Source: Mantamonas sphyraenae STR306 (Eukaryota > Protista > CRuMs). From it: 64,000 nt of DNA. Position 1 is the stretch's first letter. The number at the start of each line of letters is the position of its first letter. This document shows, piece by piece, positions 34,592 through 45,059 of the stretch. The notes beneath the pieces were generated by a model. It made no database searches. It was given only the letters and a program-made list of their open reading frames with translations, and was not told the DNA's origin. The translations under genes were made by a program, and so were the position numbers. The stretch lies in assembly GCA_026936335.1 (NCBI GenBank), contig JAPMXV010000023.1, positions 62,001 to 126,000 of the forward strand, in the 5' to 3' direction.

Positions 34592-36313
34592 TCACGATTG
34601 GATCTCGTGGTTGATGGCAAGAGTGCGTTGGAGGAGAAGGACGACGACAGAGGCTGCGGTGTAGGCCAGAGCAAGGGACTTGCCAGGCGTCAGTGGTTCT
34701 GCGAAAAAGGTGAATGAGATGGGCTCCTCACGCTCCTGGACGTTGAGGACCTCACGCCAGACCTCTGGATCGGAGTAGATGTCGCCTGTGTCACGATCGG
34801 TGCCCTGGATGCGCACGGCTTGGATGTGGAGGTCACGGAGGGTTTCGAGGAGGTGTTGGTAGCCGCGGTAGGTGGTGCTGAGGACGAGGAGGGTGTACTG
34901 GAAGGAGGCAAAGGAGATGACGCAGACGACAAGGATGACGTAATCCTTGGTGGAGGTGTGACTGATGAGGAGGAACGAGGCAATGGCACCGAGGGTGGAG
35001 AGGAGCAGAGCCAGAAAGTAGAGGACCAGGGAGACGGCAAAGGAGGAGTCGGACCTTCGTACCATGACCCGCACGGTGTCCATGGACAGGAGGATCTGAC
35101 GAGAGGAGGAGAACTCACGTGCGTTGAGGCGTGCGGACAGGTCTTCGAGTTGCACACGGTGCATGACGGCCATGAGACGCATGGCAGAGCTGGAAAGGAG
35201 TTGGGGAAAGGCGATGTACGGCACCGAGACAAAACTGACAATGCTGACAAAGGCACTCCAGGGATTGACCATGTACCGGCTCACACTGCTGCCAATGAGG
35301 ACGTCTGTGACAACAAAGAGGAGCAACACACGGGCAAGGGACAAGGAAACGCGGCCGGTGATCTTGCTCAGGGGCGTGCGCCACAACAGCGCATACCAGC
35401 GGGTTTGTCGACTCATCACATGCATGGGTGGGTTGGATGTGATGGCGTGCACACTGTGAAACATGGAGCCCATGAGTTCCGGGTCCTTCCACCCCGTGGC
35501 TGTCCACACACTCACCGTCCACTTGAGGATGAGTGGAGTGAGGTACAGAAAGGTAAGCAAGGAGCCAGCCACAGTTTGCTTCTGGGATTCGCCGTACGAC
35601 GAATCCCACACAGGAGTGAGCTCAAAGAGGGCAAAGCTGAGTGCCATGAAGCTGGCACTTGCCCGTTGCCACTGCAGTAGCCATCTGGGCTTCCGGTGCT
35701 CCCTGTGAAGCATGTCGTCAAAGCCAGCCAGGCTCAGGATGCGCAGGAGCATGTTGGGTACGTCCGGGTGGTAGATCGCTTGGTGGGGATTCCCCAGTCG
35801 TACGGGCGGCGCTGCGCCCATGTACACGGGCAGGGGCATGTGTTCACACTGCTTTAGGGTCTTGCCCACCTGTTCTTCGTTCACATGGCGAAAGTCGTGT
35901 TGGATGCCCTCGTCTGCGTCGCCGTGGAGCACCGAGTTGATCAAAGGTGTGTGAAGTTCATCCGCCACCACCAAGGCCGCCTCCTCCTCCTCCGTCACGC
36001 TTCCGCTGCTCGTGTGCAACGACATCACAACCTGACTCCCCTGGGAATCTGTTCCCATGCTTCCTCCTGTGTATGCCTTGTCGTCCGACTCGACGTCGGT
36101 GTCGGATGATGCCACAACGGCGTCGGTGTCGGCGTTGTCGCCTTGGTCGTTGGCTGGCGTGGATGACGCCTTTGAACGGCGACGGATGGGCATCAACAGG
36201 GACCACAGTGTGCCAATGAGCATACCCAATGCCGATGGGATCATGAGAGCGACCATGGAGAAGAATATGGCCGTGGCCATGGGACCCGGGTCTGGTTGCT
36301 GATCGGCTGCCAT
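34592..36313 (-). CDS. Gustatory-receptor-like (7TMIC/GRL) membrane protein with extra N-terminal TM segment
   Basis: Seven C-terminal hydrophobic helices, long TM4-TM5 helices, and C-terminal PISFTFF...ASVVVLLLQ resembling the GR TM7 signature (TYhhhhhQF). Confidence 0.6.
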   Translation of the reverse strand: MAADQQPDPGPMATAIFFSMVALMIPSALGMLIGTLWSLLMPIRRRSKASSTPANDQGDNADTDAVVASSDTDVESDDKAYTGGSMGTDSQGSQVVMSLHTSSGSVTEEEEAALVVADELHTPLINSVLHGDADEGIQHDFRHVNEEQVGKTLKQCEHMPLPVYMGAAPPVRLGNPHQAIYHPDVPNMLLRILSLAGFDDMLHREHRKPRWLLQWQRASASFMALSFALFELTPVWDSSYGESQKQTVAGSLLTFLYLTPLILKWTVSVWTATGWKDPELMGSMFHSVHAITSNPPMHVMSRQTRWYALLWRTPLSKITGRVSLSLARVLLLFVVTDVLIGSSVSRYMVNPWSAFVSIVSFVSVPYIAFPQLLSSSAMRLMAVMHRVQLEDLSARLNAREFSSSRQILLSMDTVRVMVRRSDSSFAVSLVLYFLALLLSTLGAIASFLLISHTSTKDYVILVVCVISFASFQYTLLVLSTTYRGYQHLLETLRDLHIQAVRIQGTDRDTGDIYSDPEVWREVLNVQEREEPISFTFFAEPLTPGKSLALAYTAASVVVLLLQRTLAINHEIQS

Positions 36314-36421
36314 GGGTGGGGATGGTTGGTGGCGCCCGTGCTGCCATGAGACCACAACAACAGGGAACACAGACCAACAACCAAAACCCCCTTACGTTAA
36401 AAAGAAAAAAAAGAGACCTGA

Positions 36422-38087
36422 ATGAGCAGCACCAGCACCTTGGAGAAGGAAACCATCAATGGTGAGAAGCACCGGATTGCCACGAAGCAGCTGGACATGA
36501 AGCCGTACACGCTTCTGGGTCCGGGACCCAGCAACACCCACCCGCGTGTGTTGCAATCGCTGTCCTTCCAGCAGTCGTCCCACTTCTTCACCTCTTTCTG
36601 GGAGGTGTTGAGCGACGTGCAGGAGCTGCTGCGCTACGTGTTTCAGACCGACAACGAGATGACCTTTGCCGTCTCCGGCACCGGCTCCGCCGCCATGGAG
36701 TGTGCCATGAGTTCCGTCCTGGAGCCCGGTGACAAGGTGGTCATTGCCCATGCGGGCTACTGGGGCGAGCGCATGATGCATCTGGCCGAACGTCTGCAGC
36801 TGGACTATGTGTTGTGCAAGGGCACATTTGGCAAGGCCTTCACCCTCGACCAACTCGAGGCTGCCGTCAAGGATCACGGCGCCGTGGCCCTCCTTCTCAC
36901 TCATGGCGAGGTATGTGTTCAATGTGCCACGCGTGGGGCCGTGCCCCTTTCCTCCCTCCTGCCCTGCTTCCCTGCCCGCACTCCCGTTTTTGTGCTAAAA
37001 GCGGCCCGCTTCACATGTGCAACCTTTTGTCCGCGGTTTTTTCCCTTAGTCCGTTTTCTCTCTTCTTTGCCCCGCCACGCTGCACACAGCCCTCCCACCG
37101 TGTCATCACGGCCATGGCTGCCTGCATCGCCATGTTTTCCGCATCTTTGCCGGCCTCAACCTGCGTTTACGTGGGCCACTGCCGTGCAGGAGCGGCGGGT
37201 GTGGCGGCGCTTGCCTTAAATTTTGCTTGGCTCCCTTTCCCCGGAAAACAAACCGGGAAGTGTCCCGGAGGGAATGCACTGACACGATTGAGCGACACCC
37301 AACCATGCCCGGCGTGTGTGCATGTGCATGCCGTGTGTGTGTGTGGCGGTGGTGTGTGTGTGTGTGCACGCAGTCGTCGACAGGAGTGCTGCAAAGCATG
37401 GAGGGGGTGGGTGAAATGTGCCACGCCAACAATTGCCTGGTGTTTCTGGATTCGGTGGTGACATTTGGCGGTGTGGAGGTGAAGACGGACGAATGGGGCG
37501 TGGATGTGCACTATTCGGGCTCGCAAAAGTGTCTGTCGGTGCCGCCGGGGGTGTCGCCGATCACCTTTTCGCCGCTTGCGGTGAAGAAGATGGAGGAGCG
37601 CCAGCAGGCCAACACCGAGTTTTACCTGGATGCCCAGGAGATTTACCGGTACTGGAACCCCAAGGCTCGTGTGTACCATCACACCTTTAGCATGCCGCTG
37701 GGTTTTGCTCTGCGTGAGGGACTGCGCATCATTGCCGAGGACGGCCTGGAGGCCACGTTTGCTCGCCATGCCGAGGCTGCCGACGAACTGGCCACCCGAC
37801 TGGTGGATGAGTTGGGTCTGGAGCTGTTTGTGGAGGAGCCCAAGGAGCGCATTGGGGTGCTGACCACGGTGCGTATCCCCGAGGGTGTGGATGCCGTGGC
37901 CATGCGCAAGTGGATCCTGGAAAAGTACAATGTGGAGATTGCCGGTGGCTTGGGCAATGTCGTCGACACGCCCGTCATGCGCATTGGTCTCATGGGCTTC
38001 AACGCACGTCTCTCAAACGTCGAACTCGCCATCAATGTCCTCAAGGCCGGCCTGAAGGAGTTTGGCTACACCGGGTTCCCTCAGTGA
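36422..38087 (+). CDS. AGXT: Alanine-glyoxylate/serine-pyruvate aminotransferase (class V PLP); exons 36422-36910, 37374-38087
   Basis: LLGPGPSN, SGTGSAAME, GYWGER, THGE|SSTGVLQ across a 463-nt intron, DSV, SGSQKCL (PLP Lys), YHHT, RIGLMG. Confidence 0.93.
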
Positions 38088-38222
38088 AGATGGGAGGTGT
38101 GAGTGAGAGAGAGTGAGAGAGAGTGAGTGAGTGAGTGCGTCTCTGTGCTCTGTGTGGAGAGAAAGAGAGAGAGAGAGGTGGGGAGAGGAGGAGGAATACG
38201 GACGATGAGTCCGTCGCAAGCA

Positions 38223-40634
38223 TCAACAAACGATCGAAATGCGAACTTGGTGTCTGCATTGTACGGGTTGCCTCCCCACCGCAACCAGTCGTTGTTCCGT
38301 GGGATCACAACTCAATGCCGATTCCATTCCCATTCTCTCTTTCACGGCGCCTCTCCATCGTCCACAATTCCCATGATCCGGGTCCCCGATGTCACCTCTG
38401 CGTGGTATTCCCCATCGGCGTCGTCGCCCATCACCGGCATCCCCTGCGTCATCGTCGTCACTGTCGTCTGCTGTCGCAGCAACAGTGCCGGAAAAGGCAA
38501 GGTCAAACTCATCGATGAGCAGCTTGACGACGGTGTTGACTGCGCTGGTGTCGCCAAAGCCAATGCTGCCGTCGTTGGGCTTGAGGATGTTGGGTGCAAA
38601 GACAATGGCCAGGTTGGCCGAGGTCATCATGTTTGTGCTGCTCTGCTCGGCAATTTCCTGGCACAGCTCCATGAGCTTCTCGAGCAGAGCCTTGTTGTGT
38701 GCGGGCAGCTGGGCCACCAGACCAATGACCTGGGTGAGCATTTCGTCCTGCTCCAGGTCGGAGGAGCCCACGCGCACAAACTCGTTGTACAGGGTGTATG
38801 TCATGAGGGGCACGGGCAGATCGCGGATGTACTCCTTGACCACGCCAGCCACGACGTTGGGATCCTTGATGTCGTCCCAATGCACCTCGTCGCCGCAATC
38901 CAGGCTGTACTTGATTTCGTCGATGTGCTTCTTGGAGCCCGAGAGACGAAAGATGCCCTCCTGATCCAGGCCCTTTTGTTGCAGGTACGTGACAGCGTCG
39001 TCCATGAACACGGGCACATCCCACTCCCTGTTCTCCTCACGCGCCATCACCACGTCCAAATCCACGCCAAACACGCGTGTGGCCTCATCCACCACCCCGC
39101 GTTTGCGTTCCAACTCCTTCCTGCGCAACTCCTCGTCCGCCTCGTGTTGCACCCTGCGTGCCTTGATCGCAGCCCGAAACGCCTCCATGTCACTCTCCGT
39201 CTCCCAGAAGAAGGACATGGCACGTTCAAAGTACAACCGTTGTGCGTCCAGGTACGACAGGAGCATCTCCGCCGTGTGGAACTCGTTCCGCTCGTCCACG
39301 TCACGCAACATCTGCAGGCAATCCTCCTCACTCGTCTCAAACCGCTGCTTCACCTCTTCGTACTCCTGTGCAATCTGCCTCAGGTTCTTGCTCTGGTTCT
39401 CCCGTGCGTTGTTGAACCGGTTCAGCAACGCATCGTGCTCCACACGCAGCTGGTCATGTTGACGCTTCCGGTACTGCGTTGCGTGGCATCCAAACGAACC
39501 CGGGGCGGCATGACGGGTGTGTGTGTGTGCGTGAGTGAGTTGGGGGGAGGGGTGGGGTTGGGGGGTTCGGGAATTGATCCATCTTACCCGAGCCTCACGG
39601 ACATCGCCGCGGTTCCACACAAACAGCGGTTGGTAAAGGCAGTTGTTGACATCGTACAGCTGCGCACAAGCACCACAGGGTCAGTTGTATGCATACACAG
39701 GGCATGGGGAATATGGTGTGGTGGTGGGGTGGCTGTGTGTGGCGTTCAGGGGGCCCTGGTGTGTGTGGGAGGGGACGGGCAGGAGAAGCACACAAAAAAC
39801 CCACGTTTTGCTGCTGCAGGCTCATCAGTTTGTTGTGCATCTCGGCACACTTGAGCAGGGGACCCACTGGATGGATGGCAAGCGAGTGGAGGGTGCGATG
39901 GGTGTGAGTGACATGCGGAATACGCGCGTACAAACGCCCGCCAAGGGCCCCGGCACGTACCCAGGATGGATTGTTCGTCACGGCCATCGTCCAACTTGGC
40001 AGCGTAGTTGGAAAACACAGGCGCCAGTTGCACGGATTCCATCATGGCTTGCTTCAGCACACTCTGCGACTGTTCAAACCGAGTGATGATATCCTTATTG
40101 GCCTGCTTAAACGTCTCGGCACGCTGTGGGTGTGTGTGTGAGCCACCCTCTCCCCCCGAGCTCACTCACTCTTCGCCCGTTTCCCGTCACACACACACAC
40201 ACACACGCCTCACCTCTGTGTACGAGGCCAGCTCGGGGGTATCCTGAGTGGTTTCTGCGTTGCCTGTCTTTGCCATGACACTCTGTTGGGCCATCATGAG
40301 GCCCTTGGACAGCTTTTTCGAGCCGGCACTCATCTTTGCCGCAAACCCACTGACGCTTCCGCCGCCGCCGCTGCCGCTGCTGCTCCCTTCGTTCTCGCTC
40401 GAGCTGCGACGCATCTCCGAGTTGGACGTGGGTCCCGATGCCTCACCCGACGACGATGCATCCTTCTTCTTCATGCGCTTCAGCACGGATTTGGACTTTT
40501 TCGCCAACTGTGACACACACACACACAGAGGCACAGAGGCACACAGGGGCAGATTATGTGGTTTGGGTTAGCATCCATGTTGGCGGCGTTGGAATTTGTT
40601 CATAAATGATGATGTTTGTCACACACTGTACCAT
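38223..40634 (-). CDS. BAR-domain RhoGAP; exons ATG 40634-40632 (inferred), 40507-40214, 40123-39961, 39866-39805, 39659-39588, 39473-end (38342 or 38223)
   Basis: Helical BAR-like region (RVEHDA..YLDAQRLYF). RhoGAP motifs VFGVDL, EGIFRLSG (Arg finger), KEYIRDLPVPL, NMMTSANLAIVFAPN. All introns GT-AG and phase-consistent. C-terminus ambiguous. Confidence 0.82.
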
Positions 40635-40672
40635 TGTTGGGGTTGCATTGGGGTGGAATGGGTGGATGTGCA

Positions 40673-41324
40673 TCATCCCTGCTTCTCCTCCTCCACTTCT
40701 GTTTCAATCTCCACAGTGGTGGTCGCAGAGGATGATGATGATGATGATCCCATGCCAGAGTCCTCCTGTTGTCCTTCCTTTCCCTCTGTCTCCTCCTCCT
40801 CCTCCTCCACCTCCTCCTCTTGCTGCTGCTGCTGTGGCTTCTTCCTCTTGCTCAGTGGCTTCCCTGGCCACTTGCCGCTCTTGAACGGATAGTTGATGTG
40901 TTCGCCTGTGCACCACGGTGGCCTGTCGCTATACTTGCACCCACAAATGAGATGCCACGTTTGCGTGTTGTTCTCGTCCACAGTGAACCGGTGCGGTTTG
41001 AACGGCGTCCCCTTGTGCGACTTGCCATCACTTTCCATTGTTGTCAGCACACACACACACACACACACACACAGGCACAGGTGCAAAGTAACCATGAAGG
41101 GAGGCAACTCACCACCATGGGTTGTCCTCACTCAGACCACAGGTGCAATACTTGTAAGTCTTGCCCCGTTCCAACTTCATCCGGTACGGAAACGAACACG
41201 CCGGATACGGACGCACAAGATCCTCCACATCCACCAACTCCACCTTCCCCTCCTCCTCCTCCTCCTCCTGCTTCTGCTTCATCGTGTCCATGTCTGTATT
41301 TGCAATGTCCTTGCTGCTGCTCAT
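40673..41324 (-). CDS. CISD3: Tandem CDGSH iron-sulfur protein (CISD3/MiNT-like); exons 41324-41113, 41030-40673
   Basis: CTCGLS..PWCDGKSH (assembled across an 82-nt intron) and CGCKYS..PWCTGEH. Confidence 0.82.
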
Positions 41325-41423
41325 CTCTCCTTCCCCCCAGGTGTTGCTTCGCCTCGCGCAGCCCGGAAGCCCTCTCTTGCACCACATTCACCACCCTGTC
41401 CACACATTCCCACTGCAGCTCTC

Positions 41424-42010
41424 CTACACGTTGGGCTTCATCCACACCTTGGAGCTGTTGTACACGCTGGCGCCGGCGGTGAAGCTGTCGTCGCCCTTGA
41501 ACAGCTCTTCCTCCAGCTGCGTCTGCTCCTCCTGCGCCGCCACAAACCGCGCATCCTCGTACGCCTGCAGGTACGGCACCAATGCCTCTCGCGCCGCCCT
41601 CTTCTCACGCGCCAGTTCCCTGCACAGTGTGTGTCCCACGCCTCGTCAGCGTCCTCGGGCGTCGTCGAGAGGGGAAAGCCCCCGTGGAATCGCTCACATT
41701 GCGCGCATTGACTCCCCTGCCCCGTCTCCCGTTTTTCCTTGCCCTTTCTCTCGCTCCCCATGCATGTGGACCATCATCCCATGCCCTCCCCGCCTCCCCG
41801 CCTCCCCGCCTGCAGCATGCACATACACACACACACTCACCTCTTCTCAAGGTTGCCCTGGCCGACCTGGTAGAATCCAGCGGCCAAGACGACGCCTCCG
41901 GCCACAAACATGGCGCCGCCGGCAATGCCACGGGGCACAAAGTTGCGCTTGTACTTGACCTGCGCGTAGCCTCCCTTGGGCGGACCGTCCTGCACAATGC
42001 TCTGCGACAT
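41424..42010 (-). CDS. NDUFA13: Complex I subunit NDUFA13/GRIM-19; exons 42010-41841, 41619-41424
   Basis: QDGPPKGGY..YKRN.P.RG, one TM, GN..RREL..EK..AR.AL.PYLQAYED. Confidence 0.93.
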
Positions 42011-42070
42011 GGCAAGCAGTGGAACTCTAGGAAATTTGGGGTGGTTTGAACCGAGCGAAGCGCCCACAGT

Positions 42071-42205
42071 ATGAGCAGCCGTTCCTGCCTTGCCCTGTTA
42101 GACCGTATCAACGGCAGTTCACAAGCAGCAGGTGCACCTCCACACAAGACGAGCTCCATTGGGGATGATGATCATCATCAACATCGTCATCATGATGAGG
42201 TGTGA
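42071..42205 (+). other. 44-codon upstream ORF overlapping the SLC35F start (TGATG), or a frameshifted N-terminus of SLC35F
   Basis: ATG at 42071 (A at -3) runs to TGA 42203-42205, whose A is the A of the ATG at 42205. Confidence 0.5.
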
Positions 42206-43350
42206 TGTCCAGTGCCGGTGAGGGCACAGACACGCCGGTGAGGTGGCTGGCAGTGGCTCAGGGCATCGCCGTCCTGGTCGCTTGCACAGGACTTACCTCA
42301 CAGTACCTCGCTCGCAATCTCCATGTCAATGTGCCCACCTTCCAATCCACCCTACTGTACATTTCCCTCTCCTTCTACCTCATCCCGCTCTTCCGTCGCC
42401 GACGACGTTTCGGCGAATCGCTTCTCCAGGTCCCTGCCTGGACCTACTTCCTCCTTGCCCTGGTCGACGTCGAGGCAAACTTCCTCGGTAAGTTTCACCT
42501 ACCTCCTCCCCCCCCCCCCCACGTCCTCTTCCCCCCTCCTGGTGACTTCCTCACTTTCCTTCCCTCCTCTCCATGTGGGTGAACGGCCGATTTCCAGGTA
42601 CAAACCCAAACCTGCTGACACACACACACACAATCCGCCCCCGCAGTGGTCTCGGCATACCAATACACCAACCTGACGTCTGTGATGCTGCTGGATTGCA
42701 TGACCATCCCCACGGTGATGGCACTTTCGTGGTTTGTACTGCATGTGCGGTATGCACGCACGCACCTGCTGGGTATGCTGCTGTGTGTGGCCGGCCTGGT
42801 TCTTCTCGTGTTTTCCGACGCCCAACAACAGACGGATTCCGCCGTGGGTTCGAATCCCATCCTCGGCGACCTCCTTTGCCTGGCCGGTGCTGTCCTCTAC
42901 GCCCTCTCCAACGTCCTGCAGGAGAAGATTGTGCGTCGCTTCGACAAACACGAGTTTCTCGGCATGCTGGGCTTGTTTGGCACCCTCATCAGCGGCACCC
43001 AATCTGCCATTGTGGAAGGAGACCGATTGCAGACAATGCCATGGTCCTGGCCGGTGGTGGGATTGATGGCTGCGTTTTGTGCCACCATGTTTGGCATCTA
43101 CTCGCTCACCCCGCTGTTGTTGCAGAATAGCAGTGCCACTGTGCTCAACCTCTCCCTTCTCACCTCGGACATATACGGTCTGGTGTTTGGCATGCTCTTC
43201 TTCTCCTACCATCCCTCTGGCATGTTTGTCGTCGCCTACCTCCTCGTCATCCTCGGCATCGCCCTCTTCAACGCTGTACAAACCATCCGCAAGGATCCTG
43301 TCGACGACTTTGATCGATTGCACGATGAAACCGATACCGACAATGCTTGA
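42205..43350 (+). CDS. SLC35F2: SLC35F1/F2-family (DUF914) transporter; exons 42205-42487, 42647-43350
   Basis: TSQYL..VNVPTFQS, DVEANFLVVSAYQYT.LTSVMLLDC.TIP, GDLLCL.GAVLYALSNV.QE, SSATVLNLSLLTSD. GTAAGT..GCAG intron. Confidence 0.9.
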
Positions 43351-43448
43351 GCACAATAAATGAATGATGACACCAATCCCACGCTTGTGTGCCCAATCCA
43401 AACAACGGCAACACCCACCCACACACACTCGTCTTTCCCCCGTCTTCC

Positions 43449-44145
43449 ATGGTACGCTACCACCGCCCACTTTTGAATCCATGCCACCCGTCCTCCTCCT
43501 CCCAACGGACTCCACATACTGACTCATGCATGCTTGCTTCACACACAGGCGCTGTTCCGCAGGAAATCGGCTGCGCTTGCCACCCTGCTCCTGGGCATCC
43601 TTCTCCTGGGTCTGGCCACCGTGCAGCTTGTGTTTGCCAGCCAGTTGGAAACCACAAACCTGTTGCCCTCCACCTGGCCGGTGACCATCATGGTGCGTGG
43701 TCGCTGGCACGTCGTGGCGTGGGCACCCTCTTTGACCGTTTCACACCCCCACCAACCCCGTGCGACGGCGCTGCACCCTTTCCACACACACACACACACT
43801 GACACACACATTCACACTCACAACTGCTCGTACCATGTACCCAACCACCCAGCTCATGCACATTGCCTCCTTCTACATGTTCCTCCTCGTCTATATTTAT
43901 TCCAAAGAGACCCAAGATCAAAGCCGCGAGCGTCTCGCCCTCCTGTGCCTCCGTACGTGCCTTGACATCCACGAAATCGACACCCTCACTGCACAACCGC
44001 ACCCACAACCGCATCCACACGCCACCATACTCATACCTAACCCACATACCATACTCCAGTCGTCAACGTCGCTGGCTTTGTCGTCCGCCTCGTCTACGAG
44101 GGTGTCTATGAACAGTTTGGCTACACGAGCTATTCCACAGATTAA
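43449..44145 (+). CDS. Cryptic four-exon small membrane protein (110 aa); exons 43449-43451, 43549-43692, 43853-43952, 44060-44145
   Basis: Three GT-AG introns (GTACGC, GTGCGT, GTACGT donors; CTRAC branch points) splice in phase to MALFRRKSAAL..WPVTIMLMHIASFYMFLLVYIY..LALLCLLVNVAGFVVRLVYE..STD*. Confidence 0.72.
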
Positions 44146-44262
44146 ACCAAGTGCCAAAGTTGGCCAAAACACAGCAAACCTATCCAGCAACAATGAATGA
44201 TGCGGCTGGAAATCGTCTGCAGTACTCTTCCCACCCGTCCCATCCTTCCTCCATCGATCCTC

Positions 44263-44957
44263 TCACAGCTTCTTGACCAGCTTGCCGACCTTGTCGTACT
44301 TTTCGTTCATCTTGGCCACCCATTCGTTCAGGGTGTCCACCTCCTGGTAGCTGAGGTTGTCAATGTCCCCGTTGACGTCATGCTCCTCCTTGGACATCTT
44401 GGCCAGGGCTCGGCTGCACTCGCGTCCGGCAAACACAGAGTATGGTCCTCCCTCCGCTTTGCCATAAAAGTTGCGTCCGCTGCAAAGGCACACGCGTGTC
44501 AGAGGCAGCTCGGAGGCGCATCCAAAAGGCGGAAACTCGCTTTGCCTCACGCAGCACCCGTTCTCACTCCCCGTCTTTACTTGCACCCCCGCCCCCCCAC
44601 TGCGTGTCTTCCACACACCCTCCTTCCCTCCACTTACGGCGTCACATCGTAGATGATTCCCTTGACGCTGATGTACACAGGCGTCTCTTTGGTGCGACCA
44701 TCAAAGTTGGACAGTTCCTCAGCACTGAACTCTCGCTCTTCTCGCTCCTTGGCCTTTTGTGCACGTGTCTCCATCTCCTCCTTGGTCATTTTGCGCGGGC
44801 CCTTGTTCCCGGCCCCGTTCATGCTGTGCATCACCGTGTAGTAGATCAACAACAGCACCACCACAATGCCCACCCCATACAACACCTTGTCCTCCTCCAC
44901 CGCAGTCTCCACCGCCTCCTTGGCTGCACCAGCCGTCGTCTCGAGTAGCACCTGCAT
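44263..44957 (-). CDS. MAPR/PGRMC-Dap1-type cytochrome b5-like heme/steroid-binding protein; exons 44957-44638, 44479-44263
   Basis: N-terminal TM, FSAEEL..FDG, KG.IYDVT|GRNFYG..GPYSVFAGRECSRALAKMS, EW..KYDKVG. Confidence 0.92.
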
Positions 44958-45059
44958 TTCTTCGGTTTTTGTGTGTGTTGTGTGTGTTCCGTTGGATGGG
45001 GCGCCGATCGCTCACCTCCGCCGCCGCCAACACTTTTTCCGCCCCGCCCTACAGCTCAC

